IMG/VR virus record: IMGVR_UViG_3300028888_001839
Coordinates: 32,001 to 96,000 of that record
DNA: 64,000 nt
Reading direction: 5' to 3' (one strand)
DNA from: a virus
Lineage: Duplodnaviria > Heunggongvirae > Uroviricota > Caudoviricetes
Shown: positions 20,265 to 30,931 of the stretch, piece by piece
Position numbering within the stretch: the first letter of the stretch is position 1
Layout: each line of letters begins with the position of its first letter
Program-made: the position numbers and the translations under genes
Notes under the pieces: model-generated
The model's input: the letters and a program-made list of their open reading frames with translations, nothing else
What the model was told of the DNA's origin: nothing
The model's database searches: none

Positions 20265-23200
20265 ATGAACATCGCAGGAATGATGAAGAAGACTGCTATC
20301 ACAATCGCGACGGCACTCACCGCCGCTGCTACCATGTTCGGAGCGCCTAGCGACAAGCCGAAGATAACGGACACTCTTAACGACTTCAACCCAGAGTATC
20401 CGGTAGGCATCTACATCCAGGAGATAGCAAGCAACCAGATTGTCTCAGTCGTGAAACTCACGAACGGCGTCCTTTCTGTCGGGTCGGAATCCATCAACAT
20501 TGCGGAGCCTAGCCACAAGGTAGTTGAGACTAATGTTGTGGAAGGTGCCATCGTCATAACCACGAACACCTACTATACCGTGTATGAGGATGGACTAGAA
20601 AAGACGCTGAAGGAGTATGCTACAAAGGAGAAGATAGTCTCCATAGCGACGAACGAGCTTGGTGAGGTGACAACCAACTGGACGAAGGTGGCATATCTTT
20701 CCGACATTCCGCCAGACGAGAAAAAGGCGGACAAGGTCATATCCGTCTGGGAGTTCGTAGAACCTTCGAGAGGGGTGACTCTCTCCATGGTAGACAATCC
20801 AGAGATACCTTATGCTTACTGGAGGTGGGAGGACAAGGAAGATCCGACCACATACATCAATTTGTACTTCACCAATGGAATTTGGACGTTGGAGAACGGA
20901 GCAACTTCAACTTACACGGTGGAACTCCCGTTCGACGAGCCAGTTGTACAGATAGGAAGCCTATCTTTCGTCGCGACAAACAAGACTTCCGCGATGGTGG
21001 TCTACACCGATATGCTAGAAAAGGCTTTCGATGGGAAATTCGACCAGTTTGTTGCAAAGACGAATCTAGTTCCGATTGCGGAGCAGATTACGGAGGAGCG
21101 CCTACAGACGATAAACGGGATTGCCGACACTTTGAGGGGAATCAAGCAGGTCGTGAACAGCATTGCAGGAATCCCTTCTATGTCATTCACCTTCAATGCT
21201 CCCGCGCAGAACTTCAAGTGCTTCTTGACTTCAGCCGATATGAGCATACCGGGGGACATGGTGGAGATTGACTGGGGAGACGGCAGCGAAGTGGAACTTG
21301 CGACAATTCCAACCAACCACACGTACACCGCATATTCTAGCGAAACTGTCACAGTTAAGGTAAAGGGTTTTGTCAAGAAGATCAGCGGAAAAAACAAGCT
21401 GCCTTTCGCATACCTTGACGTGGACGGGGCAATATCTACAAACAGCCTTGCATCTGTGAGGATGGATGCTTTGATGCCTTTGGAGGTGGTTGGCGATTAT
21501 TCTTTTTGCGGATGCGGCGGAATGTCAGGAGACCTGTCCTTTCTCCCGAACTCTGTGACAAACCTCGGACAAGGATGCTTTTGGGGATGCGGAATAACGA
21601 GTCTAGCTGGCATGCCGTCCTCCATCTGGCAACTCCCAACTTTGTGCTTTCAAAGCACTCGCCTAACTTCTCTTGAAGGGATCTCTCTCGCCATCAAAAG
21701 TATCGGTACAAGGTGTTTTGCTTTTTCGGGATTGACAACTCTTAATGGTATACCGTCTGGTGTTGAGTCTATTGGAATTAGGTGTTTTGAAGGCTGCGAA
21801 TCACTCACTTCCATACAGAACCTATCATCTACACGATTGTCATCGCTAGGGGGCACGTGTTTTAAGAACTGTTCTAATCTTTTGTCGATTGATGGATTGC
21901 CGGCTGGCGTGACAAACATTCCGATAAATGCTTTTTACGGGTGTTCGAGTCTTTCTACTCTTGAAGGAATCCCACAACATGTGGCAGAAATAATGGATTA
22001 TGCTTTTGCTGAATGTAGAGGCTTGAAAGAAGCCGACTTGAACATAGAAGAACTTCGTCTTTTGGAAAGAGGTCTTTTCTCGGGGGATGAGAGCCTAACT
22101 TTAGTGACGATTTCGGGTAGTTTGACATCTAATTCCATATCACCTGATTTTCTTGCTTCGTGCGGTGGCGAAATGACTTTGAATGTCAGGTGCATTGGCA
22201 AAGACATAGATTCCATAACCAACATGTTTTCATTCCCTTTCGGAATTCGAAATAGCGGCGAACCTCCCGGAGCGTCCGTGTTCATCGCCACGGACGGACA
22301 GCTCGTGTCTGATGGAAGCGGTGGCTGGACGGTGAATCTTACCAGCACCGCTTTTTCCTTAATGGGGATAAGCACAAACACTGTTGCGCTTGGAGACATC
22401 GTTCCTTCTTCTTCTCCAAGGGTTGCCACGAGAGGTCTTAGCAAGAGGGCAGTACGGGACGTTCCTGCGGATAGCACCTATTCCATAGACTGGGGCGACG
22501 GAACGATAAACAAGGAGACGGCCCACACATATGCTTTCGCAAGCCAGACGAACATAACGATAAAGGTTCTAGGAGCGCTGGATTCCATCAGCGGAGATGC
22601 AACAAGGCCGTTTGTCTCTATAGACGGAAAAGCAACCAATAGCAGCCTAGTTGCCGTAGACTTCGGAAATGCCGTTGGCATACGGAACTTCGGAGAGGGT
22701 ACTTTCCGAAACTGCATTGAACTCACAGCGGATAGCATAACTGGAGTTGGGACTTCGCTCGATGCCCTAGGAATAGAGTGCTTTGCTGGATGCTCTAACA
22801 TTACCAATCTGCCTTGGCTCGTTTCCACTTCGGTAAGGGCTTTGCCAAACGGATGTTTCCGCAATTCAGGAATCACCACTGGTGAAGGGTATCTTCGCAA
22901 CATCAGTTCTTTGGGGGAGAACACCTTTAATGGATGCGCAAACCTGCAGTCCGTATCGTTCGTAACAAATCTACACATCACTTCCATTCCGAACGGATGC
23001 TTCCAAGACTGTTCTTCTCTTACGGAACTACCCGCTCTTGACGGAGTGACGAGTATTGGAAGGGATGCCTTTGCAAGATGCTCCAAGTTGGCAGACTTCA
23101 ACATACCTCGGCAGGTGACGATAGGCAACAATGCCTTTCTAGGATGCGGCACAGACCCTTCGGTGCCGACAAAGACGGATGAGGACGGCTTCAACTTCAA

Positions 23201-26200
23201 ACTGCTCATGGACTGCTCTGGAATGTCCTACGTGGAAGTGGCAAACCAGTTCGGCCTCGTGGACGGAGGTGGCGACCAAAGGTCGGGAATAGACCCGACA
23301 ATCACAAAGTTCGTGTGCGACAACGGAGAACTCCTGTACAACAACGGAGAACAGATACGGAGATGGGAAGTTCTGGTTCCCGCAATAGAGTTTGAGCTTG
23401 CTTCCGTTTCCAACGGAGTGACGTTCTCCGTGGCCAACACCAGAACCTATGACAATGCGAGCATCGTCTGGAACTGGGGAGACGGACACGTGGAAAGATG
23501 GATTACCAAGGCTCCCCCTTCCCACACATACACGAATGCAGTCCCTCGCAACTATGTTGTAAAGGTGAAAGGGCTTCTGCAAAGCATAAGCTCTCCTAGC
23601 GCCGAATCTGGAGCTTACATTCGCCCGATTGTCGGTGTGGAAAATCCATATCTCGTTGGATTCAAGATAGACGAAAACACTCCGTTGCAGGCCATAGGCA
23701 GCCATACGTTTTCACGCTGCCCGAACCTTCGGAACATAAACACGTTGAATCTTCCGAGGTCGAGAGGCGCGCCACCAGTCCCAGTAAAAAGAGACGTGAG
23801 CAAGACAAGGCTCGAAAACCTCTCGGCTTCAATGACGAGAGGTCTCGTCACTTACGGAGAGGGATGCTTTGCGAGGTCTGGCATCGAAGACTTGTCTGGG
23901 CTTCCCTCCGACCTGTCGCTTCTGCCAGCGTCGATATTCGCATACGACAAAGATCTCCTTTCCATAGGCGGCTTGCCTTCCAGCATATTGGATGTCGGGG
24001 ATGAGGCTTTCAGGGAGTGCTATTCCATTCGGTCTCTTGTTGGATGGCCAAGCCTTGTCGGGTATGTCAGCCCATACTGCTTTGCTAACTGCTATGGGCT
24101 GGAATCGTTAGACGGGTTAGATTCTTCCCATGTGACGAGCATTGGCGAGGGCGCTTTTGCTGGCTGCACCAATCTTGTAAGTTTGCAAGGACTACCGAAG
24201 ACCGTAGAGACGATTGGGGAAAATGCCTTTCAGGGGACGGGGATAGAGAACATTGGGGATATGCCTGATTCCGTTACTTCGATAGGCGACTCCGCATTTG
24301 CGGGGTGTATGAGCCTGCAGAGCACGGAAGGACTTAGCACGAATCTCGTTTCTATTCCCAAGAGGGCTTTTCTGTCATGCACCAACATAACCACGATGGG
24401 AACGATTCCCGCAAGCTCCACGAAGATTGATGCCTATAGTTATGCTCAATGCTCCAGCATGACGAATGGGACGATTGAGGATGTGATATCCGAAATCGGG
24501 ACGGAGGCATTTATCTTTGTAGGTGAGAATGCAGAGCCTACGGCGGACGATTCTGGGCTTGTTGCCAGAACCCACATAGATGCCCGCAAGATGTGGTGCA
24601 ACGACCTCATCGGGAAACTGTCGGCGCACACCAACACGAATCCGTTCATCAAGTTCACGTGCCGCGATGGATATGTCATGTACATAAACGGAGAGTGGAA
24701 AGCCTTCTATAAGGCCGTGACAATCAACATGGAGAACGTGTTTGCGAACACTCGGTTCTATGTCGGGAAGATAGTTCCAGAGGAAGGATACTCGGTCGAA
24801 ATAGACTGGGGAGACGGCACGGCGTCCATGTACACGAACGGAGTTAGCCATGTGTACACCAAGAGAGGAAACTACTCCGTTTCGCTTTTGGGCTTCATGA
24901 AGAGCATCGGGGGAACGGATTCGGGCGCTCCGATTCTCCACACTTCTAGCGGAATCAATACTAACATAGTTTCTTTCTCGATTGGCGGGACTTCGCATCT
25001 CTCCGAACTTGGGGCTTACTGCTTTGCTGGCTGCACGAGCCTACGGACGTTAAATGGGTTCTCTACCAGTCTAGTTCAGTCGCTCGGTACTAACTGCTTT
25101 GCGAGGTGTACTTCTCTCACTACACTAGAAGGGTTGCCCGGAAGCCTAGAAGAGATGGGGGTAGGGTGCTTTAGGGGTTGCACAGGATTAAGAGACTTGA
25201 ACCACATACCAGATGCATGTACATATATACCTTCGTTTGGATTCGAGGGTTGTACGGGGCTTACGTCTCTCACGAACTTGAACACTTCAATAACGACTTT
25301 TGGAGATTGTAGTTTTAAGGACTGCACGGGGCTCTCTACTCTCGAAGGAATGGGCAATCAGGAAGGAGTGGTATTTGACGAAGGAGTGTTCATTGGATGC
25401 ACTGGGCTTTCTTCGCTTCAGGGGTTCAACACGAATTCCGCCCTATCAGTTTCTTGCTTTGAAGGATGCACTGGTCTTGCTTCGCTAAAAGGAATGCCCT
25501 CTACAATTGTTACTATTCCATCGGGATGCTTTCTCGGCTGTATCGGTCTTTCCAATCTTCTTGGGATGGCGGAATCCTGCCAGCTCATTGAGTATTCCGC
25601 TTTCAGCAACTGCACGGGAATCGTCTCTTTGGAAGGATGCTCTACTAATCTAATCGGCATAGGACCGTTTGCTTTCGCAGGATGTTCGATAACAAATCTT
25701 GGGGGAATCTCTGCCGCACTCTTGGAGATAGGAGACTTTGCATTCACGGAGAACAAGGCGCTTGCCGACATATCCGATATTGTTTCATGCACAAACGAAT
25801 TCACGTTCGGTGAAGGATGCTTTTACGGATGTGAAATCCTCGGCACAAACAATATAGTGCAGTCACTTCCGCCTAACACAAAGCAAATCGGGGTGATGGC
25901 ATTTGCGGAATGTCCATACTTCGACATTGCGGAACTCCCCGAACCAGTGACAGAAATCGGCACTGCAGCATTCGCGGGGTGCTGGATGAGAAGTCTTTCG
26001 GCATTCCCGACGAACTGCCCTCATGTGGCGAGCAACCTTTTCGAGAGGACTAGTCTGGCAGACACAATCTTCTATCTGGACAACCCCCTCATGTTCTGGA
26101 AAGACTGTTTTCTGGATGAGAGAGACTTGGAGGTATTTGTTCTTGACACGTTCGATACCACGAGGATAGTACGGCTTCCTAACATAACATGCGAGTCTTT

Positions 26201-29200
26201 GGAGAGTGCAGACGGATTCCCGTTCGGGGCCTCCGACACAACTAGGTTTGTATGTTCTGATGGGTTCATCGTAAATGTCTCTAACGACTGGCGGTCTGTT
26301 AGAAAGTCTCTTGAAATAAGGTTTGAAGTAGGAACCATCTATGAAAGTTCATATTCTGAGTATATGCCACCAGGGGGAAGTGGGCATACCCCACGGCCAA
26401 ATATGTGGTGGACAACCAACTATCTGAACACAATATACATTCAGGGGATAAAGCCGCATAATAATGGGCTTCTTCACATAGACTTTGGCGACAACACAAA
26501 GACCAACATCTTTGCGGATGATAGGGTTACTCACACGTATGCCGCGACTGGCACATACGAGATTGCCGTATATGGAGAGTTCGACATCATCGGAACAAAG
26601 AACCGGTTTGTCGGAATAGAAGAAGAGCAGTTCCAGACATATGTGGCTAGCTATACGTACTACTATCACAGGTTCTACGACTTGGCGGGCAGCACCTCCA
26701 ACACCATATCAAGGGTTGTCGTCCTACCTACTAGCAAGGTCAAAGAAATCGGAGAAAGCGCATTCGACGGGCTAGGTGACGTTGAGGAATTTGTGGAAAT
26801 CATGCCCACGGTGGAAAAGATAGGAGCATATGCCTATCGTAATTGTACCAACATGAGCGGAAGCGTCTCCATTCCGTCTAACGTAGTTTCTTTGGGAGAA
26901 AGCGCATTCCAGGCTTGCAAGCTCATATCGAAGGTGACGATTGATTCCCCCGTCCTTACGAACCTTCCCAACTATGTGTTTGCTGACTGCACGAACCTGT
27001 ACTCCCTCACTTTCTCGCAGGAGAACAACCTGCTCTCCATCGGAGATTATATCCTGCAGGGCGTGCCTTTCAAGAGCAAGGTTCTGGACTTGAGCCTGTG
27101 CACGAACATTCAATCTATCGCAGCCTATTCGGTATTTGGAGCGACGTATCTGAATTCCATGATTCTATACAAGAACATAGACAAGATAAATGCCGACTTC
27201 TCAGGAACGAGTAAGATATTCGCAATCACGATGCTAACATACCAATGCGAAGATGTATGGGGGATACTGGAGTTCCCTCATTCCGGTCTTAACAACAAAT
27301 GGAATCTTCAAAAGAATACTTCTATAAACTGCATCGACGGCGACATAGTGGCGGTTGGATATCATTGGGAAATCAAATATGGAACCAACAGGATAAAATT
27401 GACAAACATAAAGTCGAACGATACATACACGGTTTCTCATGTTGTTTCAGATGGGACATTCTCGATAGACTGGGGAGATGGAACGGCAACTGAAAACATA
27501 TCGAAGGTTGCCGAGAATGTCTCCCACACATACACGGCCGATTGGGAGCATACGGTTGTCCGCTTGCTGTCTATCGACGGAAGTTCAATAATAGAAGTAG
27601 CCGGTACTCCCGCAGGCTTGCCGATGGTGTACAAGGAAGGTGCGGCGGTTCACACCAACATAACGGAAGTGTTCCTAGACAATTCCGTGAAGAATGTAGG
27701 AGACAACTCCTTTAAGGGATATTCTCTAATGGATAGTTTCCCGATAAACAGTTCTTCGACCTGCACGAACATAGGCAACTATGCATTTGCTGGATGCACT
27801 AGTCTCTCCATGTTCAACTATCCGTCCAAACCTTCCGCTATTTCGTTCGGGAGCCATATGCTTGACGGCTGCACCAATTTGAACGGGTATGCCATCAACC
27901 TGCGATACGGAGTATTCCCCTCTATGCAGACCAATACTTTTGCGGGACTTTCATCTATCAGAATGTACACTATACTTTATGTGGAGAACGTGCTTTCTAA
28001 AGTACCGGAGGGTAGCCTTTCCGATGGGGTGTCCATCGTATGCAGGGACGGAGAAGTGTATTATGAAGATGGGCAGAGGAAAACATACCTCCCTACGATA
28101 GAAGTCATTATAGAGGTTCCCGAAAGAACTACAGTAAGTCTTGGTTTTCCAGATGTCTATCAGGAAAAAATAGGAAGCGTAAACATAGGCCCCGCAATAT
28201 TCGGTCCTCCTATAGACTGGGGAGACCCTAGGACGGACGTATGGGAGCAGTTCATGGCGGAATCTACCTATTCCCATTACTATAGGAATGCGGGCACATA
28301 CAAGATAAGAATCTTTGCGGGGAACATGTCTGGGAATTACCCGATATTGACTCACGGTAGTTCACGAACTCGTGCCTATGGAGATGTAGACTATTATGAA
28401 GATAGAGTTGTAGAACTACCTCCAAGCATACAACCGTCAGTAGGTCAGACTTCTATATCGTATCCAGCCCGTACCCTGCCCGGCAAATTCCACAACGGAA
28501 GGTACGATTCGCAGGACGACCCGAACGACTACACCGCTTTCGTTTCGGACATGCGGGTGGTGAAGAAAATCATATTCAACAAGGATGCAATCAGCCCCGG
28601 TTTCGGAGAATGGTGCTTTGCTAATTCGCAGATGGATCACATTGAGGTTGAGAGTTTCGGTAGAACCCTATCTGTTGGGAAAGGATGCTTTGCGAACAGC
28701 GATGTCTCTGACCTTCGCGGAAAGAAGGCGAACACAGCAACGGCACTTGACTACGAGTTCTACGGATGCACAAACATAACAAACTTCTCTACCCAGTTTG
28801 GAGATATGTTTCATGTAGGTTCATATGCATTCAAGAATTCTGGACTGGCTTCTCTTGTAGGATGGAGAGATGGAGACACAAAGGTTCTTGACGGTGCTTT
28901 CGAGAACACCAAGCTAACCACGCTGGAAGGGATGCCAAACTCCATCAAAGAGATAGGGCTATATGCTTTCAAAAACTCGCAACTCCGGAATCTGGATGGG
29001 ATGTCAACGAATGTCGTTACGATAAGAAGGCAGGCATTTTGCGACACGAAGAACCTTGTAGACACCAAAGGCTTGCCAGAGAAACTTGAACTGATTGAAG
29101 GCTATGCTTTCAATGGAACGGACAATCTCAAGTTGATTGAGATGCCGAACAGGTCGGTAAAATTCTTTTATGAGAGTTTCCGTGCGACAAGAGCGGACGA

Positions 29201-30884
29201 CAAGTATCTATATGGGCCTTCCTACGTGAAAGGCGTGTATCAATCTTATCGGCATCAGTTCTTCCATTTTCCTCAAGCAGACATATTCCAATTCCGCCCT
29301 AACGTCTTCACGGCCATGTATCATCTTGATGGAAGTCCATATCGCGGGAGTCCGACGAGTATAAATTCGATAGGAAGCCTTGGCGCTTATAGTTATGTAC
29401 TAGGCTGTTTCTGCGAGAATGGCATTGTCGAGTATGGTGACCCTGGGCTTTATCTCTCTTCGCCTTTGACAACAACCAAGGTTACGGTAGATGGAGGAAC
29501 CTCTGTTGCCCCAGGCTTCTTCAAGACATACGACTCGAGACGCCAGTTCCTGATAGACTGGGGGGACGGAACTCGCGACTTCTACGACACAGACGACATG
29601 ATTGCCATCGAAAACGGCACGATGGCGATGAAGTCTCACACATATTCAGAGAGCGGAACATACGACATAAGGACCTATGGATACGTAAGCAACGTGGCAT
29701 TCCGTCCAACGGGAGGAAACCTCTATGCGAACATCTTCTATCCGTCCTCTATCATCAAGTCTTTCTCTTTCAATTCCGACTCCTGCATCTCTACAATCGG
29801 AAGCAAGACCTTTAGCAATGCAAGCGGCATTAATCAAAATGTAGTTGTCACCTGCGTAGCTTCTCCGATGGACAACCACAATAGGGCTACGCTTCCTGGG
29901 GCCGCGGCATACTACGATACGCAGAAAATGAAGCGCATTCCGGGCTATCCTTTTGGCGTCTCCTATCAAGACAACATTCACGGCATAGACTATTCGCTAT
30001 ACGACATAGCATATTTCCTCTCAGATGTTCCCGCCGGTACAATGGTTGGGTACTCCAACAGAAATGGAGACAAGTCTCAGTCTATATCTATCATCTGGGG
30101 AGATGGGACGACATCTAGCCGTGGCGGATTGGGTGGGCACACATACCATACGTACTCCAAGAAAGGAGACTACATTGTTGCCGTAAGGATTTACGACACC
30201 GAAAAGCAGAAGAAGTATGTATGCGGACTGCCGTTGCTCGTAGAGGGCGTAGGGCAGAGTCCATGCCCTTCGCTAAGAGTAGTTGGCGGAGAGTTTGCCA
30301 GAAGCAACCCATATCTTTATAGAGTAGAAGCTAACGGCATCATCGACATCGGGAACTATGCTTTCTACGGATGCAGCAACATGAGGTCGATTTCCGCTTT
30401 CAATTCCGGACTCGCTCGGATTGGGACTTCTGCCTTTGAAGGTACGGGCTTGAACAGGGTGCCAATGATAAACTCTTCAGCCGGAACCCTGGAGATTGGC
30501 AATGGGGCATTCAAGGTGGCTCCAAATCGTTTTTACCTATATGTGGGCAATCCCTTCTCAAAGGTTACTATCGGAAACGACGTGTTCAACGTGCAGCGCC
30601 CCTATGGGGCAGCAAATCTCGATGTCTACTTCAACGGGAAGGAAGGGGCAATCAAGAGCAGAAACGGATTCCCGTTCTGTTCCATTTCAGATGAGGGGTA
30701 TGGTCAGACAGAAGGAATATCATGGATAGAGAACAACCCATGGCATTTCAAAATCTGGTGCCTCGTGGACTGGGGACAGCAGCCTCTCGGGTACTTCCTC
30801 ACACCTAGGAAAACGGGTGGTTCAGGTGCGAGCGCGACATACGAATGGAAGGATGTCGCCACGGATGGTCTTCCTGATTTCTAA
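20265..30884 (+). CDS. Giant ~3540-aa BspA-LRR/PKD-like repeat protein with signal-peptide-like N-terminus
   Basis: GGAGG at 20254 precedes ATG 20265 (alternative starts 20280/20283). MKKTAITIATALTAAATMFGA resembles a Sec signal. Nine xxWGDG-like domains alternate with LRR blocks capped by FPFG...C-x-DG. Confidence 0.85.
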   Translation: MNIAGMMKKTAITIATALTAAATMFGAPSDKPKITDTLNDFNPEYPVGIYIQEIASNQIVSVVKLTNGVLSVGSESINIAEPSHKVVETNVVEGAIVITTNTYYTVYEDGLEKTLKEYATKEKIVSIATNELGEVTTNWTKVAYLSDIPPDEKKADKVISVWEFVEPSRGVTLSMVDNPEIPYAYWRWEDKEDPTTYINLYFTNGIWTLENGATSTYTVELPFDEPVVQIGSLSFVATNKTSAMVVYTDMLEKAFDGKFDQFVAKTNLVPIAEQITEERLQTINGIADTLRGIKQVVNSIAGIPSMSFTFNAPAQNFKCFLTSADMSIPGDMVEIDWGDGSEVELATIPTNHTYTAYSSETVTVKVKGFVKKISGKNKLPFAYLDVDGAISTNSLASVRMDALMPLEVVGDYSFCGCGGMSGDLSFLPNSVTNLGQGCFWGCGITSLAGMPSSIWQLPTLCFQSTRLTSLEGISLAIKSIGTRCFAFSGLTTLNGIPSGVESIGIRCFEGCESLTSIQNLSSTRLSSLGGTCFKNCSNLLSIDGLPAGVTNIPINAFYGCSSLSTLEGIPQHVAEIMDYAFAECRGLKEADLNIEELRLLERGLFSGDESLTLVTISGSLTSNSISPDFLASCGGEMTLNVRCIGKDIDSITNMFSFPFGIRNSGEPPGASVFIATDGQLVSDGSGGWTVNLTSTAFSLMGISTNTVALGDIVPSSSPRVATRGLSKRAVRDVPADSTYSIDWGDGTINKETAHTYAFASQTNITIKVLGALDSISGDATRPFVSIDGKATNSSLVAVDFGNAVGIRNFGEGTFRNCIELTADSITGVGTSLDALGIECFAGCSNITNLPWLVSTSVRALPNGCFRNSGITTGEGYLRNISSLGENTFNGCANLQSVSFVTNLHITSIPNGCFQDCSSLTELPALDGVTSIGRDAFARCSKLADFNIPRQVTIGNNAFLGCGTDPSVPTKTDEDGFNFKLLMDCSGMSYVEVANQFGLVDGGGDQRSGIDPTITKFVCDNGELLYNNGEQIRRWEVLVPAIEFELASVSNGVTFSVANTRTYDNASIVWNWGDGHVERWITKAPPSHTYTNAVPRNYVVKVKGLLQSISSPSAESGAYIRPIVGVENPYLVGFKIDENTPLQAIGSHTFSRCPNLRNINTLNLPRSRGAPPVPVKRDVSKTRLENLSASMTRGLVTYGEGCFARSGIEDLSGLPSDLSLLPASIFAYDKDLLSIGGLPSSILDVGDEAFRECYSIRSLVGWPSLVGYVSPYCFANCYGLESLDGLDSSHVTSIGEGAFAGCTNLVSLQGLPKTVETIGENAFQGTGIENIGDMPDSVTSIGDSAFAGCMSLQSTEGLSTNLVSIPKRAFLSCTNITTMGTIPASSTKIDAYSYAQCSSMTNGTIEDVISEIGTEAFIFVGENAEPTADDSGLVARTHIDARKMWCNDLIGKLSAHTNTNPFIKFTCRDGYVMYINGEWKAFYKAVTINMENVFANTRFYVGKIVPEEGYSVEIDWGDGTASMYTNGVSHVYTKRGNYSVSLLGFMKSIGGTDSGAPILHTSSGINTNIVSFSIGGTSHLSELGAYCFAGCTSLRTLNGFSTSLVQSLGTNCFARCTSLTTLEGLPGSLEEMGVGCFRGCTGLRDLNHIPDACTYIPSFGFEGCTGLTSLTNLNTSITTFGDCSFKDCTGLSTLEGMGNQEGVVFDEGVFIGCTGLSSLQGFNTNSALSVSCFEGCTGLASLKGMPSTIVTIPSGCFLGCIGLSNLLGMAESCQLIEYSAFSNCTGIVSLEGCSTNLIGIGPFAFAGCSITNLGGISAALLEIGDFAFTENKALADISDIVSCTNEFTFGEGCFYGCEILGTNNIVQSLPPNTKQIGVMAFAECPYFDIAELPEPVTEIGTAAFAGCWMRSLSAFPTNCPHVASNLFERTSLADTIFYLDNPLMFWKDCFLDERDLEVFVLDTFDTTRIVRLPNITCESLESADGFPFGASDTTRFVCSDGFIVNVSNDWRSVRKSLEIRFEVGTIYESSYSEYMPPGGSGHTPRPNMWWTTNYLNTIYIQGIKPHNNGLLHIDFGDNTKTNIFADDRVTHTYAATGTYEIAVYGEFDIIGTKNRFVGIEEEQFQTYVASYTYYYHRFYDLAGSTSNTISRVVVLPTSKVKEIGESAFDGLGDVEEFVEIMPTVEKIGAYAYRNCTNMSGSVSIPSNVVSLGESAFQACKLISKVTIDSPVLTNLPNYVFADCTNLYSLTFSQENNLLSIGDYILQGVPFKSKVLDLSLCTNIQSIAAYSVFGATYLNSMILYKNIDKINADFSGTSKIFAITMLTYQCEDVWGILEFPHSGLNNKWNLQKNTSINCIDGDIVAVGYHWEIKYGTNRIKLTNIKSNDTYTVSHVVSDGTFSIDWGDGTATENISKVAENVSHTYTADWEHTVVRLLSIDGSSIIEVAGTPAGLPMVYKEGAAVHTNITEVFLDNSVKNVGDNSFKGYSLMDSFPINSSSTCTNIGNYAFAGCTSLSMFNYPSKPSAISFGSHMLDGCTNLNGYAINLRYGVFPSMQTNTFAGLSSIRMYTILYVENVLSKVPEGSLSDGVSIVCRDGEVYYEDGQRKTYLPTIEVIIEVPERTTVSLGFPDVYQEKIGSVNIGPAIFGPPIDWGDPRTDVWEQFMAESTYSHYYRNAGTYKIRIFAGNMSGNYPILTHGSSRTRAYGDVDYYEDRVVELPPSIQPSVGQTSISYPARTLPGKFHNGRYDSQDDPNDYTAFVSDMRVVKKIIFNKDAISPGFGEWCFANSQMDHIEVESFGRTLSVGKGCFANSDVSDLRGKKANTATALDYEFYGCTNITNFSTQFGDMFHVGSYAFKNSGLASLVGWRDGDTKVLDGAFENTKLTTLEGMPNSIKEIGLYAFKNSQLRNLDGMSTNVVTIRRQAFCDTKNLVDTKGLPEKLELIEGYAFNGTDNLKLIEMPNRSVKFFYESFRATRADDKYLYGPSYVKGVYQSYRHQFFHFPQADIFQFRPNVFTAMYHLDGSPYRGSPTSINSIGSLGAYSYVLGCFCENGIVEYGDPGLYLSSPLTTTKVTVDGGTSVAPGFFKTYDSRRQFLIDWGDGTRDFYDTDDMIAIENGTMAMKSHTYSESGTYDIRTYGYVSNVAFRPTGGNLYANIFYPSSIIKSFSFNSDSCISTIGSKTFSNASGINQNVVVTCVASPMDNHNRATLPGAAAYYDTQKMKRIPGYPFGVSYQDNIHGIDYSLYDIAYFLSDVPAGTMVGYSNRNGDKSQSISIIWGDGTTSSRGGLGGHTYHTYSKKGDYIVAVRIYDTEKQKKYVCGLPLLVEGVGQSPCPSLRVVGGEFARSNPYLYRVEANGIIDIGNYAFYGCSNMRSISAFNSGLARIGTSAFEGTGLNRVPMINSSAGTLEIGNGAFKVAPNRFYLYVGNPFSKVTIGNDVFNVQRPYGAANLDVYFNGKEGAIKSRNGFPFCSISDEGYGQTEGISWIENNPWHFKIWCLVDWGQQPLGYFLTPRKTGGSGASATYEWKDVATDGLPDF

Positions 30885-30931
30885 TGGCGCTGGAAAATAA
30901 CCTAATGGCATTTTCAAGAAGGAGCAGAGGT

